From contig CAWJGT010000024.1 in the NCBI GenBank assembly GCA_963842525.1, positions 139,995-203,994 of the forward strand: DNA of 64,000 nucleotides, in the 5' to 3' direction. The first letter of the stretch is position 1. The number at the start of each line of letters is the position of its first letter. The stretch is from an uncultured Holophagales bacterium (GTDB lineage Bacteria > Acidobacteriota > Thermoanaerobaculia > Multivoradales > UBA5704). Below, piece after piece: positions 10,084 to 18,659 of this stretch. The notes under the pieces were generated by a model. That model worked only from the letters and a program-made list of their open reading frames with translations. It was not told where the DNA came from and made no database searches. The position numbers and the translations under genes are program-made.

Positions 10084-10301
10084 CAAGAGGCCTCGTCCAG
10101 ACGTCGTCCCGCATTTCGGAGACCAACCGCCCGAATCGCCCTTTGCCGCCTTTCATCCTCTACGATCTCGCGGACAGCTTCATACTCGGTCAGGGGGACC
10201 AGAACATACGCTGCATTGGTCCGGGGATCCACCACCTGCGGAGGCCCGTCGTCCGGCGAATCAAGAGCGCGCTGCTGCTGTGCGGTCAAGCGAATAGCCA
10301 T
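10083..10301 (-). CDS. Small antitoxin-like protein
   Basis: 72 aa, LTAQQQRAL...VVDPRTNAAYVLVP..EYE; directly upstream of the toxin stub. Confidence 0.6.
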   Translation of the reverse strand: MAIRLTAQQQRALDSPDDGPPQVVDPRTNAAYVLVPLTEYEAVREIVEDERRQRAIRAVGLRNAGRRLDEAS

Positions 10302-10410
10302 GGCACATTATCCCTCAACAACCCCTGTCTGACGACCTGCCAGCCCGCCGCCGTCGTCCCTCCGCTGTCCAGACCTTTCCAGGACAGGCCGTGAGGTAGA
10401 CTTCCCCCGC

Positions 10411-11661
10411 ATGCTCCTCATCCACAACCTCGCCGAGGTGGCAACTGCCGAAGGCTCCGAGCCACGGCGCGGCGCCGATCAGGGCCGGATCCGGCGCCTG
10501 GCGGGGGCGGAGGTGCTCTGCCGGGCGGGCCGGATCGCCTTTGTTGGGTCACCGGAGGAGCGGCGGCGGCTCTTTGGTGAGCTGCCGGATGCGGAGCGGC
10601 TCGACGGGCGCGGCGGCACTCTCGTCCCGGGCTTCGTCGACGCCCATACCCACCTGCCGTGGGCCGGCAGCCGCGAGGACGAGTTCGCGATGCGCCTGGC
10701 CGGCCGGACCTACCAGGAGATTGCCGAGGCCGGCGGCGGCATCCTCTCCACGGTGGCGGCCACCCGCCAGGCCAGCGAAGAGGAGCTCGCCGCCCTCGCC
10801 CGGCGCCGGATGGACCAGATGCTCGCCTGGGGAACCACGACCGCTGAGGCCAAGAGCGGCTACGGGCTCTCGCTGGAGAGCGAGCTCAAACAGCTCCGCG
10901 CCATTCGCCGCGCCTCGGAGGACCATCCGGTCGACCTGGTGCCGACCCTGCTCGCTGCGCACGAGGTCCCTCCGGAGCACCGGAAGAAGCGCCGGCGGTA
11001 CATCGACCTGATCTGTGACCAGATCGTGCCAGCCGTGGCGGAGCAGGGCCTGGCGCGCTTCTGCGACGTCTTCTGCGAGCAGGGGGTGTTCAGCGCCGAG
11101 GAGTCGCGCAAGGTCCTGGAAGCGGGTGCCCGCCACGGCTTGGCGCCGCGGCTCCATGCCGATGAGTTCGCCGACTCGGGAGGGGCCGAGCTGGCCGCCG
11201 AGCTGGGCGCTCTCTCGGCCGACCACCTGATGGCGGTCTCGCCCGCCGGCATCGAGGCGCTCGCACGCTCCCAGGTGACCGCGGTGCTCCTTCCCGGCAC
11301 CAGCTTCTTCCTCCGCCTGCATCGCTGGGCGCCGGCGCGGCGGCTGATCGAGGCCGGCGTGCCCGTGGCGCTGGCGACCGACTGCAACCCGGGCTCCTCC
11401 TACACCGAGTCGATGCCCATGGTCTTCGTCCTGGCCGTCTTCGAGCTGGGGCTGACGATCGAAGAGAGCCTCACGGCGGCCACCCTGAACGCGGCCTGCT
11501 CGCTGGGTCTGGGTGCCGAGATCGGCTCCGTCGAACCCGGCAAACGCGCCGATCTGGTCCTGCTCGACGCTCCCAATCTCCTCCATCTGGCCTACCACTA
11601 CGGGATCAACCCGGTGGCGGCAGTCGTCAAGGAAGGACGCGTCGTCCGCCGGATGGCGTAG
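10411..11661 (+). CDS. hutI: Imidazolonepropionase
   Basis: PGFVDAHTH, GGGILSTV, EAKSGYGL, FCDVFCEQG, LHADE, SADHL, ALATDCNPGSS. Confidence 0.93.
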   Translation: MLLIHNLAEVATAEGSEPRRGADQGRIRRLAGAEVLCRAGRIAFVGSPEERRRLFGELPDAERLDGRGGTLVPGFVDAHTHLPWAGSREDEFAMRLAGRTYQEIAEAGGGILSTVAATRQASEEELAALARRRMDQMLAWGTTTAEAKSGYGLSLESELKQLRAIRRASEDHPVDLVPTLLAAHEVPPEHRKKRRRYIDLICDQIVPAVAEQGLARFCDVFCEQGVFSAEESRKVLEAGARHGLAPRLHADEFADSGGAELAAELGALSADHLMAVSPAGIEALARSQVTAVLLPGTSFFLRLHRWAPARRLIEAGVPVALATDCNPGSSYTESMPMVFVLAVFELGLTIEESLTAATLNAACSLGLGAEIGSVEPGKRADLVLLDAPNLLHLAYHYGINPVAAVVKEGRVVRRMA

Positions 11662-11674
11662 ACTGGTCATCCCA

Positions 11675-12121
11675 ATGCACCCCAGGCGGCTGTACCCCAC
11701 GTTGATCATGACTCTGCTCGCCGGAGCAACGGCGGCCGTCCTCCAGGCTGCCCCGGAGAAAACCCCGGTCGTCGTGGTCACCCCCTCGGGCCTGCGCTAC
11801 GTGGATCTCAAGCTGGGGGAGGGGGAGGAGGCCATTGAGGGCAAGATCCTCGAAATCGACTACACCGGCTGGCTCAAGGAGGGTGGGAGCAAGTTCGACT
11901 CCACCCAGGACAGCAAGCGCCCCCTCACCCTCCGCCTCGGCGCCGGCGACGTCATCAAGGGTCTGGACGAAGGGCTCACCGGGATGAAAGTGGGCGGAAA
12001 ACGCAAGCTGATCGTCCCGCCCGAGCTGGGCTTCGGAAAAGAGGGAGGCGGTGGGGTGATCCCCCCCAACGCCATCCTCCTCTACGAGGTCGAGCTGCTC
12101 GCCGTGCGGGATCCGGGGTGA
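11675..12121 (+). CDS. Secreted FKBP-type peptidyl-prolyl cis-trans isomerase
   Basis: Signal peptide; TPSGLRYVD, YTGWL..G.KFDS, MKVGGKRKLIVPPELG, IPPNAIL.YEVEL. Confidence 0.9.
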   Translation: MHPRRLYPTLIMTLLAGATAAVLQAAPEKTPVVVVTPSGLRYVDLKLGEGEEAIEGKILEIDYTGWLKEGGSKFDSTQDSKRPLTLRLGAGDVIKGLDEGLTGMKVGGKRKLIVPPELGFGKEGGGGVIPPNAILLYEVELLAVRDPG

Positions 12122-12124
12122 GGA

Positions 12125-12308
12125 TCAGGCGCAGACCGCCTCTTCCTCGACCAGCTCCTCTTCACCTGTCACTGCCGGTTCCTCCGCTGGCTGCTCGCGC
12201 CGGCTCTCCGTCTTCGCGCTGGTGATCAGGGCCACGCCCGTGACGATCACCGCGGCGGCCCCCAGGGACCGTCCCCAGGGCGAGCCAGACCTTCCACTTC
12301 TCAGTCAA
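12125..12308 (-). pseudogene. EamA/DMT transporter remnant (N- and C-termini only)
   Basis: AGGAGG SD, TTG start MTEKWKVWLALGTV, then out of frame LGAAAVIVTGVALITSAK and an acidic tail to TGA. Confidence 0.55.
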
Positions 12309-12474
12309 GGGACACCTCCTCTGCCACGTCTTCTCACCCCGCGCTGCTCCAGCTTGCGGATCCGCTCCAGCAGAGAGCGGGTCCGGAGCGGGCCCTACGG
12401 CCGGGACGGCGGCGCCCTTGGGCCTGGCCGCCGCCGTCCCCATTCTGTTGTCAAAGAACGCCTTCCGGCGGCGC

Positions 12475-12927
12475 TCACGTCTTGACGATCCTCCGGAGCC
12501 GCTGGAGCAGGAGCCGGGTGTCGTAGACGTTGTCCGTGGCGACGAAGAGCGTGTCGTCCTCGGCGAGGACTCCCCTCACCTCGGGCCAGGCGGCACTCTT
12601 GAGAGCCACTGCCACGGCCTTGGCCATCCCCGCAGTCGTGTCGAACACCATCATGTACGGCCCGGCGCTGCGCACCCGCCGGATGAACTCTTCCATCTTC
12701 CCGATCGCGCCTTCGTTCCCCTTCGGGTTGGGCGGCCGGTAGACGCCCTCGCGGCGCACGACCCCGAGGGCTTTCAGATCGCGGCTGACACTCGACTGCG
12801 TCACCTTGAAACCCATCTTGCGCAGAGCGCGCCCGAGGTCAATCTGGCGTCGGATCGGGCGGTCCGCCAGGATCTCGAGGATCGCCTTGCGGCGGTGGTC
12901 CTGAAACTCACGGTCGATCGGCATCAC
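12475..12927 (-). CDS. argR: Arginine repressor ArgR family regulator
   Basis: RRKAILEIL, VTQSSVSRDLKALG, GVLAEDDTLFV; AAGGAGG SD. Confidence 0.85.
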   Translation of the reverse strand: MMPIDREFQDHRRKAILEILADRPIRRQIDLGRALRKMGFKVTQSSVSRDLKALGVVRREGVYRPPNPKGNEGAIGKMEEFIRRVRSAGPYMMVFDTTAGMAKAVAVALKSAAWPEVRGVLAEDDTLFVATDNVYDTRLLLQRLRRIVKT

Positions 12928-13155
12928 GTGCCTCCTTCAATATGCTGCATCCTACCAGGGCTGTAAGAAACTGTCCATCTGGCCCTTGACAACCGGATGC
13001 ACCCCATGGATTCTATGCGCACCGAGCTGTCGGGGGACACCCTCCCTGGCGCCAATTCCGGCGCCTGGAGGTCAGGGGCCGGAAAGGCTCCAGCAAAGGA
13101 GACGGAGCATGCCGCACGAGACGCGGGGGGGCGGGCGCCAGGAACGCACGGCCGA

Positions 13156-13449
13156 GCCGCCGCTGCTCGGCCTCCAGCCGCTGCCGCACGGCCTCCAGCC
13201 GCAGCCGCACGGCCTCCAGCCGCAGCCGCACGACCCCGCGCCGCAGCCGCACGACCTCCAGCCGCAGGCGCCCGACCCCGCGCCGCTGCCGCACGACCTC
13301 CAGCCGCCGCCGCACGACCCCGCGCCGCTGCCGCACGACCTCCAGCCGCAGCCGCACGACCCCGTGTGGCAGCCGCACGAGCCCGTGCGGCTCGCGCACG
13401 ACCGTGTGTGGCAGCCGCACGACCCCGTGCGGCAGCGGCACGACCGTGT
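13156..13449. repeat. About 14 tandem 21-nt repeats (consensus GCCGCAGCCGCACGACCTCCA)
   Basis: Direct period-21 units. They translate as PQPHDLQ heptads in ORF 13109-13471 (+), which has a GGAG SD. Confidence 0.85.
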
Positions 13450-13602
13450 GCCGGTTCCGCAGGCCGAGTAAGTTGGATTTCATGGGGGAGTGTGCGTTGC
13501 GCACGTCCCCCTGTTCTTTGACAACCGAAGTACTACCTTCCAAGCCAGGGATGGGCCTTGGCCGGAGGCCTGTCCCTCCCACCTGTCTGCTCCCCAGCCG
13601 CG

Positions 13603-13788
13603 CTACACCAGATAAGCGAAGGCTTTGCCTGCCAGCGCTGCCGAATTGGCCAATGCAGAGACGTTCTCGCCGATTTCCTGCGGCTCGGCGTCATTCACCT
13701 TGAATTCGGCCCACTCGGTTTCGTGTGGCAGCTTGCACAGCTCCCGTACCAAGCTGACCAGATACTCGGCGGGGCGGTCGGTGGTCAC
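13603..13788 (-). pseudogene. N-terminal fragment of a Schlafen/AlbA_2-domain ATP-binding protein
   Basis: MTTDRPAEYLVSLVRELCKLPHETEWAEFKVN...IGENVSALANSAAL.GKAFAYLV then TAG; GTGA coupling to the ABC gene. Confidence 0.7.
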
Positions 13789-15626
13789 GGAGCCGACCCC
13801 GCCACCGCCTCTTCCACATCCCCCGACTGGATGTGCCACAGATCGGCGTAGGTGCCGCCGCGGGCGACGAGGTCGTCGTGGGTTCCCTCTTCGACCACGC
13901 CGCCGTCGCGCAGGACCAGGATGCGGTCGGCGTGGCGGATGGTCGAGAGGCGGTGGGCGATGATGAGGGCGGTGCGGCCGGCGGTCAGAGTGCGGAGGTT
14001 CTGCTGGATGGCGCGCTCGGTCTCGGTGTCCACCGAGCTGGTGGCTTCGTCCAGGATCAGGATCGGCGCGTCCTTGAGGATGGCCCGGGCGATCGAGAGG
14101 CGCTGGCGCTGGCCGCCGGAGAGCTGGATGCCTCTTTCGCCGATCTGGGTGTCGTACCCCTGGGGCAGCGAGGCCACGAAGTCGTGGAGCTGGGCGAGCT
14201 CGGCCGCCCGCACCACCTCCTCGATCGGCACGTCGCCGGTGCGGTAGGCGATGTTCTCGCGGATCGTGCCGTGGAAGAGATAGACGTCCTGGCTCACCAG
14301 GGCGATGTTGCGCCGCAGGTCTTGCAGGGACAGGCTGCGCAGGTCGATGCCGTCGAGCAGCACCGCGCCGGAGGTCGGGTCGTAGAAGCGCAGGAGCAGC
14401 TTGATCAACGTCGACTTGCCCGCTCCCGTCGGTCCGGCGATGCCGATCGTCTCCCCGGGGGCGATGCGAAAGCTGATCCCCTGGAGCACCGGCTCGTGGC
14501 TGCGCCCGCGGGCATAGCGGAATTCCACGTCGTCGAAGGCGATCTCGCCCTGCGCCCGCTGCAGCGGTGTCGGGTGCGGCGGGTCCTGGATCGAGGCCGG
14601 CGTGCCCAGCAGGCCGAAGATCCGCCGCGCGCTCGCCCGGGCCCGCTCGAAATCGTCGAGCGTGGTGCCCAGCCGGGTGAGCGGCCAGAGCAGGCGCTCG
14701 GTCATCATGGCGAAGAGGACCAGCTCGCCCGCGGTGATGATCCCGCGACCCTCCAGGACCCAGTAGCTCCCGACCAGCAGCACACCGGCAAAGCCGCCCA
14801 CGATAGCCATGCGGATCACCGGGATGTAGAGTGCCGACAGGCGGATCGCGTCGTAGTTGGCCTGCCGGTAGGCGTCCGACACCTGGCGGACCCGCTCGGT
14901 CTCGAAGTCTTCGGCGGTGAAGCTCTTGATGACGTGGATGCCGGAGATGTTGTTCTCCAGCCGGCTCGCCAGCCCCCCGACGCCCTCGCGCACCTTGCGG
15001 TACCGCGGCGCGATCTTCCGCTGGTAATAGAAGCCGCTCCACAGGATGACGGGGATCGGCGCCATGCCCACCAGAGAGAGCTGCCACGAGATGGGCACCA
15101 TGACCGAGACCGCGAAGATGACCAGGATGGCGACCTGGAGCAACTCGTTGAAGCCGGTGTTCAGGAACCGCTCGAGCTGGTTCACGTCGTCGTTGAGCAT
15201 GGCCAGGATCTCGCCCAGCCGGTGCTCCTCGAAGAAGGCGATCTCCCGCGACTGGATGCGGTTGTAGGTGTCGATCCGCAGGTCGTGCTGAACGGTCTGG
15301 GCGAGGCGCATGAAGCCGAGCTGGTAGAGCCACTGGAAGAAGCTCTCGAAGAAGAAGATGCCGACCGAGAGCCCGGCCAGCACCATGGCCATGCTCCAGG
15401 GGTCCGAGGTCCCGGCGAGCGAAGCGATCCAGCGCGGCGGCGCGCCGCGGAGCGAATCGACCACCCAGCCCACCAGGAGCGGCGGCATCAGGTCGAGGAT
15501 CTTGTTGGCGACGCTCGACCCGCTGGCGAACAGGAGCTGTCCTCGATAGGACATCAGGTAGCGGAACAGGCTCCGCATCGGGCGCTCGGCCTCGGGCAGG
15601 CGGGACAGGGCGGCGGGCTGGCTCAT
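13785..15626 (-). CDS. ABC exporter, fused permease/ATPase (MsbA/MdlB-like)
   Basis: TM domain; GPTGAGKST, LSGGQRQR, ILILDEATS, AHRLST. Confidence 0.92.
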   Translation of the reverse strand: MSQPAALSRLPEAERPMRSLFRYLMSYRGQLLFASGSSVANKILDLMPPLLVGWVVDSLRGAPPRWIASLAGTSDPWSMAMVLAGLSVGIFFFESFFQWLYQLGFMRLAQTVQHDLRIDTYNRIQSREIAFFEEHRLGEILAMLNDDVNQLERFLNTGFNELLQVAILVIFAVSVMVPISWQLSLVGMAPIPVILWSGFYYQRKIAPRYRKVREGVGGLASRLENNISGIHVIKSFTAEDFETERVRQVSDAYRQANYDAIRLSALYIPVIRMAIVGGFAGVLLVGSYWVLEGRGIITAGELVLFAMMTERLLWPLTRLGTTLDDFERARASARRIFGLLGTPASIQDPPHPTPLQRAQGEIAFDDVEFRYARGRSHEPVLQGISFRIAPGETIGIAGPTGAGKSTLIKLLLRFYDPTSGAVLLDGIDLRSLSLQDLRRNIALVSQDVYLFHGTIRENIAYRTGDVPIEEVVRAAELAQLHDFVASLPQGYDTQIGERGIQLSGGQRQRLSIARAILKDAPILILDEATSSVDTETERAIQQNLRTLTAGRTALIIAHRLSTIRHADRILVLRDGGVVEEGTHDDLVARGGTYADLWHIQSGDVEEAVAGSAP

Positions 15627-15642
15627 CAGCGAAATGGCGTGT

Positions 15643-16188
15643 CTAGCTGCCCGTCTTCCCCGCCAGTTTCGCGTTGAACGCCGCCGACTCGCCGCGCGGG
15701 ACGGAGAGGGTCTGCCAGCCCTCGTCCGCGAGGACTTTGCAGAGGAAGACGATCTGGCCGACGTGGTAGGCGACGTGGGTGAGGGAGCGGTCGAGGGCCC
15801 GGACGACGGTGTGGGGCTCGGAGCGGATCGCCACGGTCTTCGCCAGGTCCTCTTCGGTCAGGGTCGCGAGAGTGCCGAAGAGGCAGCTCCAGCCCTCCTC
15901 CCAGCGCGCCAGGAGGTCCGCGCGGGTCGTCGCCTCGGCGACCTCGAACTCACTGTCCCGGTCGCGGTCGGGCTTCTCGCCGTCGGTGGTCAGGAAGTCG
16001 GTCCAGCGGGAGCGGAGGTTGCCTCCCACGTGCTGGAGCAGGACGGCCAGGCTGTTGGACTCCCGGCCGAGGTTTTCGAAGAGGTCTTCGTCGGGCACCT
16101 GGGCCAGGGCCCGGTCGGCCAGCTTCTTGAGGTCGCGGAACTGGGCGTCGACGTCCTTCAGATAGAGGGCCGCAGGCGAGTCGCTCAT
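15643..16188 (-). CDS. DinB-superfamily (DUF1572) protein
   Basis: NSLAVLLQHVGGNLRSRWTDFLTTDGEKPDRDRDSEF; HVAYHVGQIV. Confidence 0.85.
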   Translation of the reverse strand: MSDSPAALYLKDVDAQFRDLKKLADRALAQVPDEDLFENLGRESNSLAVLLQHVGGNLRSRWTDFLTTDGEKPDRDRDSEFEVAEATTRADLLARWEEGWSCLFGTLATLTEEDLAKTVAIRSEPHTVVRALDRSLTHVAYHVGQIVFLCKVLADEGWQTLSVPRGESAAFNAKLAGKTGS

Positions 16189-16490
16189 GCTGGCGAGGCT
16201 AGCACGCGCGGGGCGCCCGCGCACCGGGGAGTGCGATGCGCGCGGCGCCCCGCGCCGGCGGCTTCCGTCTGCCGGCGCCTTGCGGAGCCGGCAGCCCTTG
16301 CGACGGAAGCCTGGATCTCGAGGCGGCGTTCTCTGGGGGTAGACGGTAGCGCACCTGCGCGGAGCGCGCTGTGAAGCGCTGCACAGAGAGGGTGCGAGCT
16401 GCTCCACAAGCGGGCCGGGAGCCGGAAAGAGCTATACTTTGTGCCGTTAGAACAAAGGGAAAGTCAGGATCAGATGGAATCTCAGGCATC

Positions 16491-18653
16491 ATGGGATTGA
16501 CGGGCACCGCTCGCACCGCTCGCGGCAATGCCGAACGCGCGCGGGTCGAGCAGGCGTTGCGCGAGTCGGAGGAGCGTTTCCGCAGCCTCTTCGACGGCAT
16601 CCCCGTGGGCCTCTACCGCACGACGCCGGACGGCCGCATGCTCGACGCCAACGCCGCCCTGGTGGAGATCCTCGGCTATCCCAGCCGCGAGGAGCTCATG
16701 CAGGTCAGCGTGGGCGACATCTATTTCGACCCCGAGGACCGCCATCGGTGGCAGCGCGAGGTCCTGTCCGAAGAGCGGATCTACACCTTCGAGGCGCGGG
16801 TGCGGCGCTGGCAGGGCACGGTCATCTGGGTCCGCTTCAGCCTGCAGGCGTTTCGCGACCAGGAGGGCCGCATCCTCCGCTACGAAGGGGCGCTGGAGGA
16901 CGTGACCGCCCGCAAGGAGGCCGAAGCCGCGCTGCGCGCCAGCGAGGAGCGGTTCCGCGCGCTGGTGCAGAACGCCTCCGACCTGATCGCCATCCTGGAG
17001 GCGGACGGCACCATCCGCTATGAGAGCCCCTCGCACCGGCGGGTCCTCGGCCATGCCCCGGAGCAGCTCCTGGGCAAGAGCTTCCTCGACCTCGTCCACC
17101 CCGAGGACCGGCCGCGGGTCGCCGACGCCCTGCGCGGCCTCGGCGACCAGCCGGGGGAAATCGCGGCCGTCGAATACCGGCGGCGGCACAAGGACGGCGA
17201 CTGGCGGTTCATCGAGTCGACCGTATCGAACCTGCTCGGCCATCCGGCGGTGGCCGGCATGGTCCTCAACTCGCACGACATCACCGACCGCAAGCGGGCC
17301 GAGGAGCGCCTCCTCCACGACGCCCTGCACGACGAGCTCACCGGCCTGCCGAACCGCACGCTGTTCATGGACCGCCTCACCCATGCCATGGACCGCTCGC
17401 GCCGCGAGCCCGGTCAATGGACGGCCGTGCTGTTCCTCGACATCGACCGCTTCAAGATCGTCAACGACAGCCTCGGCCATCTCGTCGGCGACGAGCTGTT
17501 GATCCAGATCGCGGGCACCCTGTCGTCGGCCCTGCGGCCGTCCGACACCATCGCGCGCATCGGCGGCGACGAGTTCGCCATCCTGCTCGAAGGGACCAAG
17601 AGCGTGCTCGACGCCGAGCACGTGGCGCAGCGCATCCACGAACGGTTGACGGCGCCGATCAATCTGCATGGCAACGAAGTGTTCCTCACCGCCAGCATCG
17701 GCATCGCGGTCCAGACGCCGGAGTACCAGAAGCCCGAGGAGCTGCTGCGCGATGCCGACACGGCCATGTACCGGGCCAAGGGGCAGGGGCCGGCCGGCCA
17801 TGTGGTCTTCGACCGCGGCATGCACCAGCACATCATGGCGCGGCTGCAGCTCGAGACCGACCTGCGGCGGGCGCTGGAGCGCGGCCAGCTCCAGGTCTGG
17901 TACCAGCCGTTCATGGACCTGCGGACGGGCGAGGTGATGGGCTTCGAGGCCCTGCTGCGCTGGAGCCATCCGCGCCATGGCGTGCTCTCTCCCGACGAGT
18001 TCCTCATGGTGGCCGAGGAGACCGGCCTCATCGTGCCCATCGGGCGTTTCGTCCTGGAGGAGGCCTGCCGGCAGATCCGCGGCCTGCAGGTCCGCTACCC
18101 CCGGCACCGCCGCCTCAAGCTGAGCGTCAACCTGTCGAACAAGCAGTTCTTCCAGGCCGACCTCCTCGACCAGGTGCGCGAGGCCCTGGCCGTCTCCGGG
18201 CTCGATCCGTCGTGCCTGGGCCTGGAGATCACCGAGGGGGTCATCCTCCAGCACGCCGACTCGGCGAGCACCCGCTTCGCCCGCCTCAAGTCGCTGGGCG
18301 TCCAGCTCTACATGGACGACTTCGGCAAGGGTTATTCCTCCCTGAACTACCTGCACCGCTTCCCGATGGACCTGCTGAAGATCGACCGCTCGTTCGTGTC
18401 GCGCCTGGAGGAGGGCCGGGCGAACCTGGCGATCCTGGAGGCGATCGTGACCCTCGCCCACCAACTCGGCATGGAGGTGGTCGCCGAAGGGCTGCAGACC
18501 GCGGGGCAGGTCCGGAAGATCCGCGCCCTGGGCTGCGAGTACGGGCAGGGTCACCTGTTCTCGCGTCCGCTGCCCGGCGACGAGATCGAAACCCTGCTCG
18601 CCGGCTTTCCCGGCGGGGAGCCGGCCCCTGCCGACTGGGAGCTCCCCGCCTAG
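16491..18653 (+). CDS. PAS-PAS-GGDEF-EAL diguanylate cyclase/phosphodiesterase
   Basis: Two PAS/PAC repeats; HDELTGLPNR, intact GGDEF, EALLRW, MDDFGKGYSSL. Confidence 0.93.
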   Translation: MGLTGTARTARGNAERARVEQALRESEERFRSLFDGIPVGLYRTTPDGRMLDANAALVEILGYPSREELMQVSVGDIYFDPEDRHRWQREVLSEERIYTFEARVRRWQGTVIWVRFSLQAFRDQEGRILRYEGALEDVTARKEAEAALRASEERFRALVQNASDLIAILEADGTIRYESPSHRRVLGHAPEQLLGKSFLDLVHPEDRPRVADALRGLGDQPGEIAAVEYRRRHKDGDWRFIESTVSNLLGHPAVAGMVLNSHDITDRKRAEERLLHDALHDELTGLPNRTLFMDRLTHAMDRSRREPGQWTAVLFLDIDRFKIVNDSLGHLVGDELLIQIAGTLSSALRPSDTIARIGGDEFAILLEGTKSVLDAEHVAQRIHERLTAPINLHGNEVFLTASIGIAVQTPEYQKPEELLRDADTAMYRAKGQGPAGHVVFDRGMHQHIMARLQLETDLRRALERGQLQVWYQPFMDLRTGEVMGFEALLRWSHPRHGVLSPDEFLMVAEETGLIVPIGRFVLEEACRQIRGLQVRYPRHRRLKLSVNLSNKQFFQADLLDQVREALAVSGLDPSCLGLEITEGVILQHADSASTRFARLKSLGVQLYMDDFGKGYSSLNYLHRFPMDLLKIDRSFVSRLEEGRANLAILEAIVTLAHQLGMEVVAEGLQTAGQVRKIRALGCEYGQGHLFSRPLPGDEIETLLAGFPGGEPAPADWELPA

Positions 18654-18659
18654 AATCGC

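Noticed and set aside
12935-13025. ARG-box operators upstream of argR
   Set aside because: Only weak partial TGCAT/ATGC matches, which I cannot support as an operator.
13156-13449. CRISPR array (also considered for 26989-27187)
   Set aside because: Units are contiguous with no unique spacers, and no cas genes are present.
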